Below, one piece after another: positions 8,945 to 17,923 of a stretch of 47,681 nt of DNA. A program made the position numbers and the translations under genes. The number at the start of each line of letters is the position of its first letter. Positions within the stretch are counted from its first letter, which is position 1. The notes under the pieces are model-generated. The model made no database searches and had not been told where the DNA came from. It saw nothing but the letters and a program-made list of their open reading frames with translations. This stretch comes from a virus. Where the stretch lies: the IMG/VR virus record IMGVR_UViG_3300000271_000001, positions 1-47,681 of that record; one strand, 5' to 3'.

Positions 8945-9496
8945 ATGGACGAAGGATTGCTGGACGACGAATTCCTGGAGGAAATATTCAGCGACAAAGG
9001 TCGCCATATTTCCTTTAAGTCCACTGTGAAGCGGACACCCAAGTCGAAGTCGTTCAGACTGTTCGTCCAGCAGGCGTCGCGTCGTCCTCATGTCACTGTC
9101 GGGTTTCACCAGGACGCCGGCAGTGAACCAAACGGAAAGACGATTGCGGAAGTCGCCTTTTATAACGAATTCGGAACATACAATGCGGACGGAACCGTTC
9201 GCATCCCCGAACGATCTTTCATGCGTTCAGCCGTGGACGATAACCGCGACAAATACAATGCACTGATTGAAAAAATCGTGATCATGATTTACCGCGGCGA
9301 ATGGGACCTTATTCACGGCCTGGAAGTCCTGGGGCTGCGGGTGGAAACGGATATCAAAAAGCGGATCACCGACCTAAGAGATCCCCCAAACGCACCCAGC
9401 ACGATCAAAAAAAAGGGTTCATCGAACCCGCTTATCGACTCGGGAGCCATGAGGGCGGCCGTACGATACGTTGTGAATCAGGGGACTGGCAAATGA
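8945..9496 (+). CDS. HK97 gp10-like head-tail joining protein
   Basis: IAEVAFYNEFGT...IPERSFMRSAVDDN resembles the gp10 family core. Confidence 0.55.
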   Translation: MDEGLLDDEFLEEIFSDKGRHISFKSTVKRTPKSKSFRLFVQQASRRPHVTVGFHQDAGSEPNGKTIAEVAFYNEFGTYNADGTVRIPERSFMRSAVDDNRDKYNALIEKIVIMIYRGEWDLIHGLEVLGLRVETDIKKRITDLRDPPNAPSTIKKKGSSNPLIDSGAMRAAVRYVVNQGTGK

Positions 9497-9873
9497 GCAT
9501 AAACGGAATGCTGCGAAAGTTTCGTCGCAAGGGCTCAGGGAATGAAGTCCTGGAGCTGATTCGGTTTGGCAGTGGAAACTACGATCGGGACGGGATCTAT
9601 TCAGCACCTGTCCGGGAGCGTCGTCGAATATCAGCTTCGATTCAGCCGATCACCGAGCGCACGCCGAATGTCACTGATGAAATGCTGACAAGGCGTTCGA
9701 GTTATCTGGTCTGCTACTCCCCCGAAGAAATGTTTCCAAACGATGAACAGCGCGGACTGCGGGCTGATCAGCTGAAAGTCGGTTTACGCCTTTACACAGT
9801 GACTGGCGCTTACTGTTATCAGTATCTGTCGCTGCAGCATTGGCAGGTATTTCTGAAAGAGGAAAACGCCTAA
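9493..9873 (+). CDS. hypothetical neck/tail-completion protein
   Basis: ATG 9493 overlaps the upstream TGA (ATGA). 126 aa. The track ORF from 9301 overlaps the preceding gene. Confidence 0.55.
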   Translation: MSINGMLRKFRRKGSGNEVLELIRFGSGNYDRDGIYSAPVRERRRISASIQPITERTPNVTDEMLTRRSSYLVCYSPEEMFPNDEQRGLRADQLKVGLRLYTVTGAYCYQYLSLQHWQVFLKEENA

Positions 9874-10475
9874 TGTCCATACTCGACAGCTACGTAAAAA
9901 ACAGAATGGACGAAGTCAGGACCGCCTTGCGCGCCTGGCTTGTAAGCCTTGCTGGTGAAAATGTCCCGGTCGTCGATGAGGACCAGTATAGGCCGGTCCC
10001 CGACGGTCCTTTCGTGTCGCTGAAATTCCTTTCCGGGCTGCGTATGGTCGGAGCATGGGACATGACGATCCTGGCACGCGACGGGAACCTGTATCTGCAT
10101 GGACACCGTGAAGCGACGGTTTCGATCAAGGCGCGGGGAGTGAGCGCGAAGGACAGCTATTCACAGCTGGTTCGCGCCACTGACATGCTGTCTGCGGTTC
10201 AGTTTGACTATTCGAAGAAAAGCACGATCGCGCTTTTGCGCACGGTCGGGATCGTCGTAATTCGTGACAATGGAATTATCGACACGACGAAAGTCGAGGA
10301 CACCAGCTTTCCCCCACGCGCGGTTATGGACCTGGAAATCAGGTTCACTCTGAATGAAAAGCTTTCGCTTGCTGATCAGAACTATATCAATAGCGTCGGG
10401 ATCACCGGCTTTTTGCGGCGTGAACTGGGCGTCGAAGAACTTCCGATTTTGACGGTCGAACGACCTGAAGAATAA
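9873..10475 (+). CDS. hypothetical tail-completion protein
   Basis: TAATG overlap at 9871-9875. 200 aa. Immediately upstream of the sheath gene. Confidence 0.55.
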   Translation: MSILDSYVKNRMDEVRTALRAWLVSLAGENVPVVDEDQYRPVPDGPFVSLKFLSGLRMVGAWDMTILARDGNLYLHGHREATVSIKARGVSAKDSYSQLVRATDMLSAVQFDYSKKSTIALLRTVGIVVIRDNGIIDTTKVEDTSFPPRAVMDLEIRFTLNEKLSLADQNYINSVGITGFLRRELGVEELPILTVERPEE

Positions 10476-10505
10476 AAATCACTCTCTTTTTGGAGGCAAA
10501 AGCCA

Positions 10506-11555
10506 ATGGCCGGAACGATTAACGATATCATTAACATTAACATTACCCGCGAACGTGCTGTTCCCGCGACGATCGGTTTCGGCTGGGCTGCGTTTGTCGA
10601 TTCAGCTGCAGACCTCGGAGCTGATAAGATTCGCGAGTATGCGAACCTTGACGAAGTGCTTGAGGACACCGACCTGGGAGCGAACTCGGTCGCGTTTGCC
10701 CGCCTCTATTTCGGCCAGGCTATTCGTCCGACAAAGCTGTTCGTTATCTGGCGGGACGCTGATGCAACGCCTACCCCTGAAACATTCGTGCAAGCGATCA
10801 CGGCTGCGCGCCTTGTTAACGACGACTGGTATTGTCTGGCGATCGACAGCGCAGTGAAAGCTGATATCGAAGCTGTCGCAGCATATGTCGAACCGCTTTA
10901 CAAAGTGTTCCTCGCAAACAGCGCGGACGTGGCGGTTTACGATCCTGCATCGACGACCGATGTGGCCTATGAACTCAAAGGCGATAACTACGATCGCACA
11001 AGCCTTTTCTATCACCCGGACGCTGCGGCCGATTTTTCCGCTGGCGCTCCCCTCGGTCTTTTGATCCCCAAACAGCCTGGCTCGGTGCAGTGGGCCTATA
11101 AGACTTTCGCGGGAATTTCAGCTGCACCCATGACCAGCGCGCAGCGGAATGCTGTGCATGCGAAGAACGCGAACACCTATACCGACCGCGCAAACGTGTC
11201 GGTATATGAACAGGGCAAGGTCGCATCGGGCGAATGGATCGACGTGATTTTCGGAATTGATTGGATCAGATTCACCATGGAAAATCGCGTGTTCACCCAG
11301 TTCGTGAATAACGACAAAATCCCGTTCGACGACGACGGAATTCAGGTGATCGTTTCCGCAGTTCAGTCCGTTCTGGACGAAGCTGTTCGTCGTAAGATCC
11401 TGGCTGCGTCCCCCGCTCCACAAGTGACTTACCCGCTGGCGTCGGAAGTCAGTTCGCAGAATCGGGCTGATCGTTATTTGCCCGATATCAACTGGTCAGC
11501 GCGTCTGGCTGGTGCCATTATCAAAACGCAAATCAATGGCAAGGTGAGCGTCTAA
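10506..11555 (+). CDS. tail sheath protein (DUF3383-like)
   Basis: 349 aa directly upstream of a DUF3277-like tube gene. The order sheath, tube, chaperone, tape measure matches contractile tails. Confidence 0.6.
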   Translation: MAGTINDIININITRERAVPATIGFGWAAFVDSAADLGADKIREYANLDEVLEDTDLGANSVAFARLYFGQAIRPTKLFVIWRDADATPTPETFVQAITAARLVNDDWYCLAIDSAVKADIEAVAAYVEPLYKVFLANSADVAVYDPASTTDVAYELKGDNYDRTSLFYHPDAAADFSAGAPLGLLIPKQPGSVQWAYKTFAGISAAPMTSAQRNAVHAKNANTYTDRANVSVYEQGKVASGEWIDVIFGIDWIRFTMENRVFTQFVNNDKIPFDDDGIQVIVSAVQSVLDEAVRRKILAASPAPQVTYPLASEVSSQNRADRYLPDINWSARLAGAIIKTQINGKVSV

Positions 11556-11599
11556 ATTTTCAATCGGTAACTCTATTCACGAAAGCGAGGAAATAAGGA

Positions 11600-12037
11600 A
11601 TGGCAGTTGTAACGTATGATCCAAAGAAATTCGTGATCATTCTGGGCGCTCACATTGCGACGGGTTTCGCCGACGGGACTTTCATTCAGGTCGAACGGAA
11701 CTCGGACAGCTTTCAAAAGGTCGTCGGTGCCGGCGGGGACGTAGCGCGTGCGAAATCGAACGACCGCAGCGGTCGCGTGACTCTGACTCTGATGAACACC
11801 AGTCCGACGAACGACTATTTGTCAGCGCAGGCTTTGGCTGATGAACTCGACAATAGCGGGAAGTTCGTTTTCTCTGCGACAGAGATCGCAGGTACGACTG
11901 CGATCCAAGGTTCCGAAGCCTGGGTGGTCAAGCCTTCCGCGATTCAGCGCAGCAAAAACATCGACACGACAGTTTGGGCAATCGACATCGCTCAAATGAA
12001 CCTTGTCGTCGGCTCGTTGCCAGTTGACGCGACCTAA
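11600..12037 (+). CDS. tail tube protein (DUF3277-like)
   Basis: 145 aa. The pattern YDPKKFVIILGAHIATGFADGTFIQVERNSDSF...GRVTLTLMNTSPTNDYLS is typical of the family. Confidence 0.65.
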   Translation: MAVVTYDPKKFVIILGAHIATGFADGTFIQVERNSDSFQKVVGAGGDVARAKSNDRSGRVTLTLMNTSPTNDYLSAQALADELDNSGKFVFSATEIAGTTAIQGSEAWVVKPSAIQRSKNIDTTVWAIDIAQMNLVVGSLPVDAT

Positions 12038-12087
12038 ATTTTTCGAGCTGCACCGGTTATATGAATTTTTGAAAGGAAAAGAGCACC

Positions 12088-12594
12088 ATGAAACAACTGA
12101 AAACAACTGTGATCGACGGGCGCAAATATTCGTTTGCGGATTGGAACGTCGATAAAGCGACCGAAACCCTGGCCTGGATGGTCCAGACGATCGGAGGCGC
12201 TGTCAAGCCTGGTTTTGAATCGCTCAAAAACAAAGGGTTCCTTGCGGACGTTCTGGACACAGACGTTTCCAAGCTGGACGATTCTTTCGACTGGGACCTG
12301 GGAGTCGAAATTCTGGACGTGGTTATTCAAAAGCTTTTCAGCAAAATCGACTCAAAGGAATATTCGCGTCGTCTGCGGGAAATCCTGGACGACGGACAGG
12401 TTCTGGTCGATGGAAAGCCTTTGGTTTACGACGTTCATTTCCGTGGCGAACCCTTTTTGCTGCACAAGGTCGCGTTTGCATGCCTTAAGGCGCAATACTC
12501 CGATTTTTCACGCGGCGTCCAGTCGATTTCGGAAAGTTCTTCGGCATTGCAAGCGACGAAGAAAACGGCCCGCAGTTCCAGCCTGGACGCCTGA
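12088..12594 (+). CDS. tail assembly chaperone (G/E-like)
   Basis: 168 aa between the tube and tape measure genes. Preceded by AAAAGAGCACC. Confidence 0.6.
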   Translation: MKQLKTTVIDGRKYSFADWNVDKATETLAWMVQTIGGAVKPGFESLKNKGFLADVLDTDVSKLDDSFDWDLGVEILDVVIQKLFSKIDSKEYSRRLREILDDGQVLVDGKPLVYDVHFRGEPFLLHKVAFACLKAQYSDFSRGVQSISESSSALQATKKTARSSSLDA

Positions 12595-12737
12595 ACCTGA
12601 ACGTAATGAAATGGCGACCGGTCCTGGAAGGTGTGGCGACACTCGCAGAGATCGACCAGTTCTGGTCGCTTAAAGACTTGCTGGACTGTCACGAAGCGCT
12701 GGACCTGCGGAATGCAGCCCGCGCTTTTTATGCTGAA
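12489..12737 (+). CDS. -1-frame extension ORF of the tail assembly chaperone (GT / E+E'-like product)
   Basis: The -1 frame is open from 12489 to TGA 12735-12737 and overlaps the 0-frame ORF by 106 nt. A T5 run lies at 12504-12508 (GAT TTT TCA). The extension contains FWSLKDLLDCHEALDL. Position is classical. Confidence 0.4.
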
Positions 12738-12788
12738 CGGGCTGCAGAAAAAACCAGAGCTGCACTGAATCAGGGAAGGTGAAATTTC

Positions 12789-14510
12789 ATGCCGACGATC
12801 CGCGAGGTTTTAACCAAGTTCAGTTTCGAAATAGATGAAGGAAGCAAACAGCGGGTTCGTTCCTCTGTCGCTGCGCTCGGTAAGGGTTTCAAGGATGCGA
12901 TCGGTAATAACTGGTTCGGTCCTGAGTTTAAAAAGCAAATGAAGGAAATCGGGGACGCAACGGACGGGGTTAAGGAAAGCTTCGGAAACCTCACTGACGC
13001 GATGCGTCCGATCCTTTGGTATGTCGGTGCGCTCGGGGCTGCGTCCGCTGGTCTTTTCGCAGCTACCAAGGCAACGGCGAACTACTCGGATCAGGTTAAG
13101 GATACCGCTCAGGCGATCGGTGTCACGACCGACCAGCTGCAGTCCCTCGCATACGCTGCGCAGCTGTCAGGATCCGACTTCGAAACGATAACCATGTCGT
13201 TCCGACTCCTATCGAATCAAATTCAGGCCGCTGGCGCTGATCCCGAGCAAGGCGCTGCGAAGGTGTTCAAGCGCCTTGGGATTGCGGTCAAGGATGCAGC
13301 GGGACAGCTTCGGAACGCAGACGCGATCCTATACGACATTGCCGACCGACTCGCTCCCATGGCAGACGGTGTCGAAAAGACCGCGCTTGCGACCGACCTT
13401 TTCGGACGTGCGGGAACGAAGCTGATCCCGCTCCTGAATGAAGGTGCCGAGGGGATCAGGAAACTGCAGGACGAAGCTTTCAAGCTGGGGTTCGTCCTCG
13501 GGGACGATGCACTGAAAGCCGGGACCGAGTTTAACGACGAACTGGACCGCATGAAAATGGTCCTGACAGGGCTCAGGAACACGATCTTTTCCGAATTCAC
13601 TCCCGTCCTGACAGAACTGGTCACTGAATTTCGGAACTGGCTGGTCGAAAACCGGGAACTGGTCAAACTCAAAGCCACGGAGTTTTTCACCGGTCTGGCC
13701 AAAGCGATCGACCTGACAGTTCGCTTTGGGAAAAGTCTTTACGGCGTTATGGACCGCCTGATCTATATTTTCGGGGGAGTGGAAAGCGCGATCAAATTTG
13801 CTTCGGCTGCGTTCCTGCTTTTTGTCGGAGCGAACACGATCGCGAAACTTGGGGCTTTAACGAGTGCGGTTCTAAAGCTGTCCTCTGCGATCACCGGAAT
13901 AGCGGTCGGGGGCTGGGCTGCAAACGCAGCCTTGCTGGCTATACCGCTGGCGTTTGCTGCGATCGGTGCAGCGATATTTCTGATCATCGACGACATAGCG
14001 GGATACTTCGAAGGAAAGAAATCGGTCACGGGTTTTGTGATCGGAAAGCTGAAAGAATTCTGGAAGGGCTTTCAGGACGCGCATCCCGAGCTATCGAAGT
14101 TCCTCGAAAACGTCGCCAGCTGGCTCGGGATTATTCTGCAGTATCTGACTTGGATCATTCCCCTGTTCTGGCCATTGCGCGCGCTTGGTTGGATCGCTGA
14201 CAAAGCGCAGCGGTTCATGAGCGACGAAGCTGATTCACGGGAAGCGACGAAGGACTGGAAACCCCAGCTCCCAGGCCTGGCTGGTATATCGCGCGATGCG
14301 CTCGGTATGCCGCCGCTCAATCCCCGGACTGTTCCCGGAACACCTGACAGCCCTTATGCGAATGTCAAACAGGAAAACATTTTCAATATCGACGCGACCG
14401 GAATGAACCCCGAACAGCTGATGGAAACGATCAGACGGGAAGCGGGTTCCCTCATGGACGAACAGCTGCGAAGAACCGGCCAGTCCACAATTCCAACGCA
14501 AAAAAGGTAA
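12789..14510 (+). CDS. tail tape measure protein
   Basis: 573 aa. TMP core motif ANYSDQVKDTAQAIGVTTDQLQSLAYAAQLSGSDFE, followed by hydrophobic C-terminal segments. Confidence 0.85.
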   Translation: MPTIREVLTKFSFEIDEGSKQRVRSSVAALGKGFKDAIGNNWFGPEFKKQMKEIGDATDGVKESFGNLTDAMRPILWYVGALGAASAGLFAATKATANYSDQVKDTAQAIGVTTDQLQSLAYAAQLSGSDFETITMSFRLLSNQIQAAGADPEQGAAKVFKRLGIAVKDAAGQLRNADAILYDIADRLAPMADGVEKTALATDLFGRAGTKLIPLLNEGAEGIRKLQDEAFKLGFVLGDDALKAGTEFNDELDRMKMVLTGLRNTIFSEFTPVLTELVTEFRNWLVENRELVKLKATEFFTGLAKAIDLTVRFGKSLYGVMDRLIYIFGGVESAIKFASAAFLLFVGANTIAKLGALTSAVLKLSSAITGIAVGGWAANAALLAIPLAFAAIGAAIFLIIDDIAGYFEGKKSVTGFVIGKLKEFWKGFQDAHPELSKFLENVASWLGIILQYLTWIIPLFWPLRALGWIADKAQRFMSDEADSREATKDWKPQLPGLAGISRDALGMPPLNPRTVPGTPDSPYANVKQENIFNIDATGMNPEQLMETIRREAGSLMDEQLRRTGQSTIPTQKR

Positions 14511-14516
14511 GCGCAA

Positions 14517-15281
14517 ATGGGAATAGCGAATTTCATTTTCGGCAAGGAAAGCGCGCGAACCCAGCTTGGATCACTGGTGATCGACGCGACTCCAAGCATA
14601 GTCACGTCGCGGAATGCGACGGTCACGGAAGCACCAGTGGAAAACGGTGCGGACGTTTCGGATCATGCGCGTGTCGGTCCTTTGAGCCTTTCGCTGGAAT
14701 GCTTTATCAGCGAAAGTCCGACTGATGAAATGCAGTCTTTTCTGGCGTCGGTCGGAAACTCTGCGCTTTCGGGACTTGGTTCCCAGCTCGGGGCTGCGAC
14801 AAAAATCGGCGGCGCATCGCTGATCGGAACCGGTCTGGGAGCGGTCGTCGGATCGCGTGTCGGATCGAAGCTTGCTGCGGAGTGGTTTGCGGAAGGTGAA
14901 GCAAGGGATGAAAACTACCCTCGCCTTGCGTTTGAAACATTGCTTGATATTCAGGAAAGCTTCCAGCCCTTCACTGTGCAGACGTTCTTTTTCAAAAATC
15001 AGAAAGATTCGATATACAAAAACATGATCATAACCGGGATTACTCTGAATCAGGAAGCGCGCGACGGGAAGTCGATTCGCTTTCAGGTCCAGCTGCGCAA
15101 TATCCGAATCGCGGAGCTATTGCTGGCAGACGTTTCCGGGCAATACAAAAAGGGTGCGCATGCTGCGAACTCGGGGGAAAAGAAAACCGCGCGTGGACAG
15201 CAAGCGACGAAACAGGCTGATGCGAAAACAACGGATCGCGGAACGACTGCGCTGTCGCGCATTATCGGTGTGGGGGGCTGA
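14517..15281 (+). CDS. tail-tip/baseplate protein (distal-tail or DNA-circulation-like position)
   Basis: 254 aa right after the tape measure gene. N-terminal LVIDATPSIVTSRNATVTEAPVENGADVSDH pattern. Confidence 0.45.
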   Translation: MGIANFIFGKESARTQLGSLVIDATPSIVTSRNATVTEAPVENGADVSDHARVGPLSLSLECFISESPTDEMQSFLASVGNSALSGLGSQLGAATKIGGASLIGTGLGAVVGSRVGSKLAAEWFAEGEARDENYPRLAFETLLDIQESFQPFTVQTFFFKNQKDSIYKNMIITGITLNQEARDGKSIRFQVQLRNIRIAELLLADVSGQYKKGAHAANSGEKKTARGQQATKQADAKTTDRGTTALSRIIGVGG

Positions 15282-15286
15282 TCACC

Positions 15287-15631
15287 ATGGCAGTTCTGGA
15301 ACTCCCGGTCACGAATGAAACTTCGCACTATTCCTTTCAGGTCGAACTGGAAGGGACGGTTTTTTTCTTCGAATTCTATTACAACACCCGCAGCCAGCTT
15401 TGGATTTTCGACCTGCTTGACCAGTCCGAACTTCCGATCCTGTTCGGACAGCCGGTGATCGGTGGGCAATTGCTGGCAGACGGTTTCATGATCGAAGGTA
15501 TGCCCGCAGGGAAGTTCATCGCAATCGACACGACTGGCGCTGATCGCTCACCCGATCGCCAGACGCTCGGGAACGAAGTGAAATTCTGCTATATCGAATC
15601 GACGACTGTCGCAGAGGTATCGAATGGCTGA
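15287..15631 (+). CDS. hypothetical baseplate-module protein
   Basis: 114-aa ORF in tight operon spacing. Confidence 0.5.
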   Translation: MAVLELPVTNETSHYSFQVELEGTVFFFEFYYNTRSQLWIFDLLDQSELPILFGQPVIGGQLLADGFMIEGMPAGKFIAIDTTGADRSPDRQTLGNEVKFCYIESTTVAEVSNG

Positions 15632-16520
15632 TCTATTCAACCAGGCGCGCAACGCAGGTTTCCCGCAGCCTACCGCGCTCCCCGCTGGTGCGAAGCTTTT
15701 TTTCAGACGCTGCGAACTGCGCATCGTGAACCTTCGCACACGCCAGGAACTCACGATCAAGGATGCAAGGATCAAATTCAATATTGAAAAGCAGGACCAG
15801 GGCGAACCGAACAAGGGCACGATCGAAGTGTTCAACCTTGCCGAGCGCACCAGAAACCTTTTCACGGTTCCACCGGAAATCAAGGAAAACGAAACGATCC
15901 GTGGCCTCTATATTGAGCTGTCCGCAGGATACCGCGACCTGACTCGCGTGATTCACACTGGCGACGCCAGTTCGCAGTCCTATTTCAGTTCCCCCGATTG
16001 GATCACGAAACTGGAAACCCAGGACGGGGGAAGCGCGATCCGAAACAGCGTGTTCAGTCGCAGCTATCGCGCCGGCTTTCCGATGAACCAGGCGATCAGG
16101 GACGTGATCGACAGTTTCGGACTTGCCCGGGGCTATACGATCCCCTCTGTCACGACCGCCAGAATTCAGCAAGGGCTGGCGCTCGGGGGAAAGAGCGCGG
16201 ACACCATGAACCAGTTTGCGAAGGACTTCGGGTTCAAGTGGTCAGTGCAGAACAACACGATCAATACGTGGTTCCCCCGCGGCGTCGTCGGTCCCATTGT
16301 GAACCTGACACCGAACAGCGGTCTGATCGGTTCCCCGATAAAGACCGACAAAGGCGTGAACTTCGACTGCTTTCTGATCCCCCTCATTCAGCCAGGCGTG
16401 ACCGTCCGCATATCGGGCTGTCAGGGCTTTAACGGGGACGTGGTCGTTCAGCGTCAAAAAATTGTCGGCGACGTCGACGGTGGGGACTGGAAAATTCAGA
16501 ACGAGGGGATACAGCCATGA
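15624..16520 (+). CDS. baseplate hub-like protein (gpD / gp44 / XkdQ position)
   Basis: 298 aa immediately upstream of the spike gene. Start and stop overlap the neighbouring genes. Confidence 0.5.
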   Translation: MADLFNQARNAGFPQPTALPAGAKLFFRRCELRIVNLRTRQELTIKDARIKFNIEKQDQGEPNKGTIEVFNLAERTRNLFTVPPEIKENETIRGLYIELSAGYRDLTRVIHTGDASSQSYFSSPDWITKLETQDGGSAIRNSVFSRSYRAGFPMNQAIRDVIDSFGLARGYTIPSVTTARIQQGLALGGKSADTMNQFAKDFGFKWSVQNNTINTWFPRGVVGPIVNLTPNSGLIGSPIKTDKGVNFDCFLIPLIQPGVTVRISGCQGFNGDVVVQRQKIVGDVDGGDWKIQNEGIQP

Positions 16521-17257
16521 GTGGACCGCGTGGAGCGCAGCAAACCCCCACACTGTTCCAGGTGATCGCGGAAGCAATCGAAGCGAAGCTGCGGTCGGTT
16601 TTTACCATGCTTCCGGGGACCGTGGTTTCAGTCGATAAGACGACGGGACTGATCAGCGCTCAGCCCGATTTCAGTTCCCTGTATGCGGACGATCCGAACA
16701 CACCCATCCCGCTCCCTGAAATCCCCGGTATTCCCGTTTATGAGGTTCGGGCTGGTGCAGCCAGGATCAGCGTCCCGGTGAAAAAGGGCGACAAGGTCAC
16801 GCTGATATTTTCCTCGCGGGCACTGGACGACTGGAAGCGCTCGGGAGCGCGCGCAGTCCCCCCGAGTGGTCGAACCCACGCGCTGTCCGATGCAGTCGCG
16901 TTCCCGGGGCTGTATGCGCAGAATGAAGCGCTCCCCTTGACCGACGACCTTTTGATCGAATTCGGCGCTGCGAAAATCAAGCTGGTCCAGGATGAACTCA
17001 TCGAAATGAAAGTCACGAATGCCACGCTGGCGATGAACAAGCAGGGAAAGTTCAAAATCACGAATGGGACGACCGACGTTCTGGTGCAGCTATCCGAAGC
17101 GCTGGGACGCAATATCACTGCGATCGACGAATTCCTGCTTGCGACCTTCGCGACCGCTCTAGGACCGTCTGGAACGATCGTGAACCCCCTTCCCTTCCAG
17201 CAGCTGAAACAGCAAACGACGAAAGCGAAAAAACTGGTCGATCAGCTGATCCTGTGA
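16517..17257 (+). CDS. baseplate central spike (Gp138 N-terminal domain / gpV-like)
   Basis: LPGTVVSVD...PEIPGIPVY...VPVKKGDKVTLIFSSRALDDW...HALSDAVAFPGL matches the OB-fold spike domain pattern. Confidence 0.75.
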   Translation: MSGPRGAQQTPTLFQVIAEAIEAKLRSVFTMLPGTVVSVDKTTGLISAQPDFSSLYADDPNTPIPLPEIPGIPVYEVRAGAARISVPVKKGDKVTLIFSSRALDDWKRSGARAVPPSGRTHALSDAVAFPGLYAQNEALPLTDDLLIEFGAAKIKLVQDELIEMKVTNATLAMNKQGKFKITNGTTDVLVQLSEALGRNITAIDEFLLATFATALGPSGTIVNPLPFQQLKQQTTKAKKLVDQLIL

Positions 17258-17312
17258 CAAAGTGTGCAGAACGACAGACTATGATTCGACGATTCAAAAG
17301 GTCAAATTGACG

Positions 17313-17359
17313 AAGCCCCTGAAACGCTCAAAAACGCGGTTCTGGGGCTTTCATTTTTT
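17313..17359 (+). terminator. intrinsic terminator ending the first late operon
   Basis: A 38-nt hairpin, AAGCCCCTGAAACGC...GCGGTTCTGGGGCTT (13 of 15 positions paired), followed by TCATTTTTT. Confidence 0.7.
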
Positions 17360-17371
17360 CCAGGCGGGAGT

Positions 17372-17692
17372 TTATCGGAAACTGGTCCGATCGGTGATCC
17401 TGGCCCCGGTTTCGCAAACGACGATTCGGGAGGTTCGAAGGGTTCGATACTCGCAGCACCCGAACTCGACCAGTACGGCCGCGCATGCGTCGTGATCGTA
17501 GCTGGTCGGATTGTCGGACCGAAAGCACCGGGCGTCGAAGCTGCGACCTGATGCGAAGCGGTCCACACACACCGCAGCGGGGATCCGTTCGAAGGGAAGC
17601 GGTTCGTCGTCCTGGAATATGGTGCCCGCAGACAAAGCCAGGGAACCGCATAGGACCGAGCACCAGGCCAGAAAACCTAAACCCCTGTCCAT
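17372..17692 (-). CDS. candidate secreted Cys-rich small protein (moron-like)
   Basis: ATG 17692 lies 6-7 nt after GAGGGGGAA. 106 aa with a signal-peptide-like N-terminus (MDRGLGFLAWCSVLCGSLALSAG) and 8 Cys. Its own promoter candidate is upstream, and the gene ends next to the hairpin at 17313-17359. Confidence 0.35.
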   Translation of the reverse strand: MDRGLGFLAWCSVLCGSLALSAGTIFQDDEPLPFERIPAAVCVDRFASGRSFDARCFRSDNPTSYDHDACAAVLVEFGCCEYRTLRTSRIVVCETGARITDRTSFR

Positions 17693-17736
17693 ACCAGCTT
17701 CCCCCTCGCGTTTTTCGCGTTTCTGCAATTCTGTGC

Positions 17737-17766
17737 ATTATGTACGACACGCCATAAAATTCCCAA
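17737..17766 (-). promoter_or_regulatory. candidate sigma70-type promoter (minus strand)
   Basis: Read on the minus strand: TTGGGA (17766-17761), 18-nt spacer, CATAAT (17742-17737). Confidence 0.35.
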
Positions 17767-17868
17767 GCCGAATTTCGTGAACCAGCTGAACAGCAAGCGG
17801 TCTGAACAGAACCCAGGTCGGAAAATTGCAAAAGCAGAAATCCGGGCGCTTCGCGCGGGGGCTTGCCA

Positions 17869-17878
17869 CCCCCCCCCC
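17869..17878 (+). repeat. C10 homopolymer
   Basis: Counted directly. Confidence 0.95.
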
Positions 17879-17914
17879 ATAAAAATCCCGAACCACACAC
17901 GCGCTTGGCTTGGG

Positions 17915-17923
17915 CCCCCCCCC
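17915..17923 (+). repeat. C9 homopolymer
   Basis: Counted directly. It lies 36 nt downstream of the C10 tract. Confidence 0.95.

Noticed and set aside
12134-12673. A 179-aa +1-frame ORF overlapping the tail assembly chaperone.
   Set aside because: Its sequence is rich in Arg, Ser and Trp and looks off-frame. The frame that fits the conserved chaperone frameshift architecture is the -1 frame (12489-12737), not this one.
17364-17375. An exact 12-mer, GCGGGAGTTTAT, shared with the RBS region of the gene at 21200 (21183-21194).
   Set aside because: Dozens of exact 12-mer pairs are expected by chance in a 47.6-kb sequence, and no start codon follows the first copy.
17436-17460. GGTTCGAAGGGTTCGATAC, which resembles tRNA T-arm sequence.
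   Set aside because: I could not build the flanking T-stem, acceptor stem or anticodon arm on either strand. I found no tRNA cloverleaf anywhere in the window.
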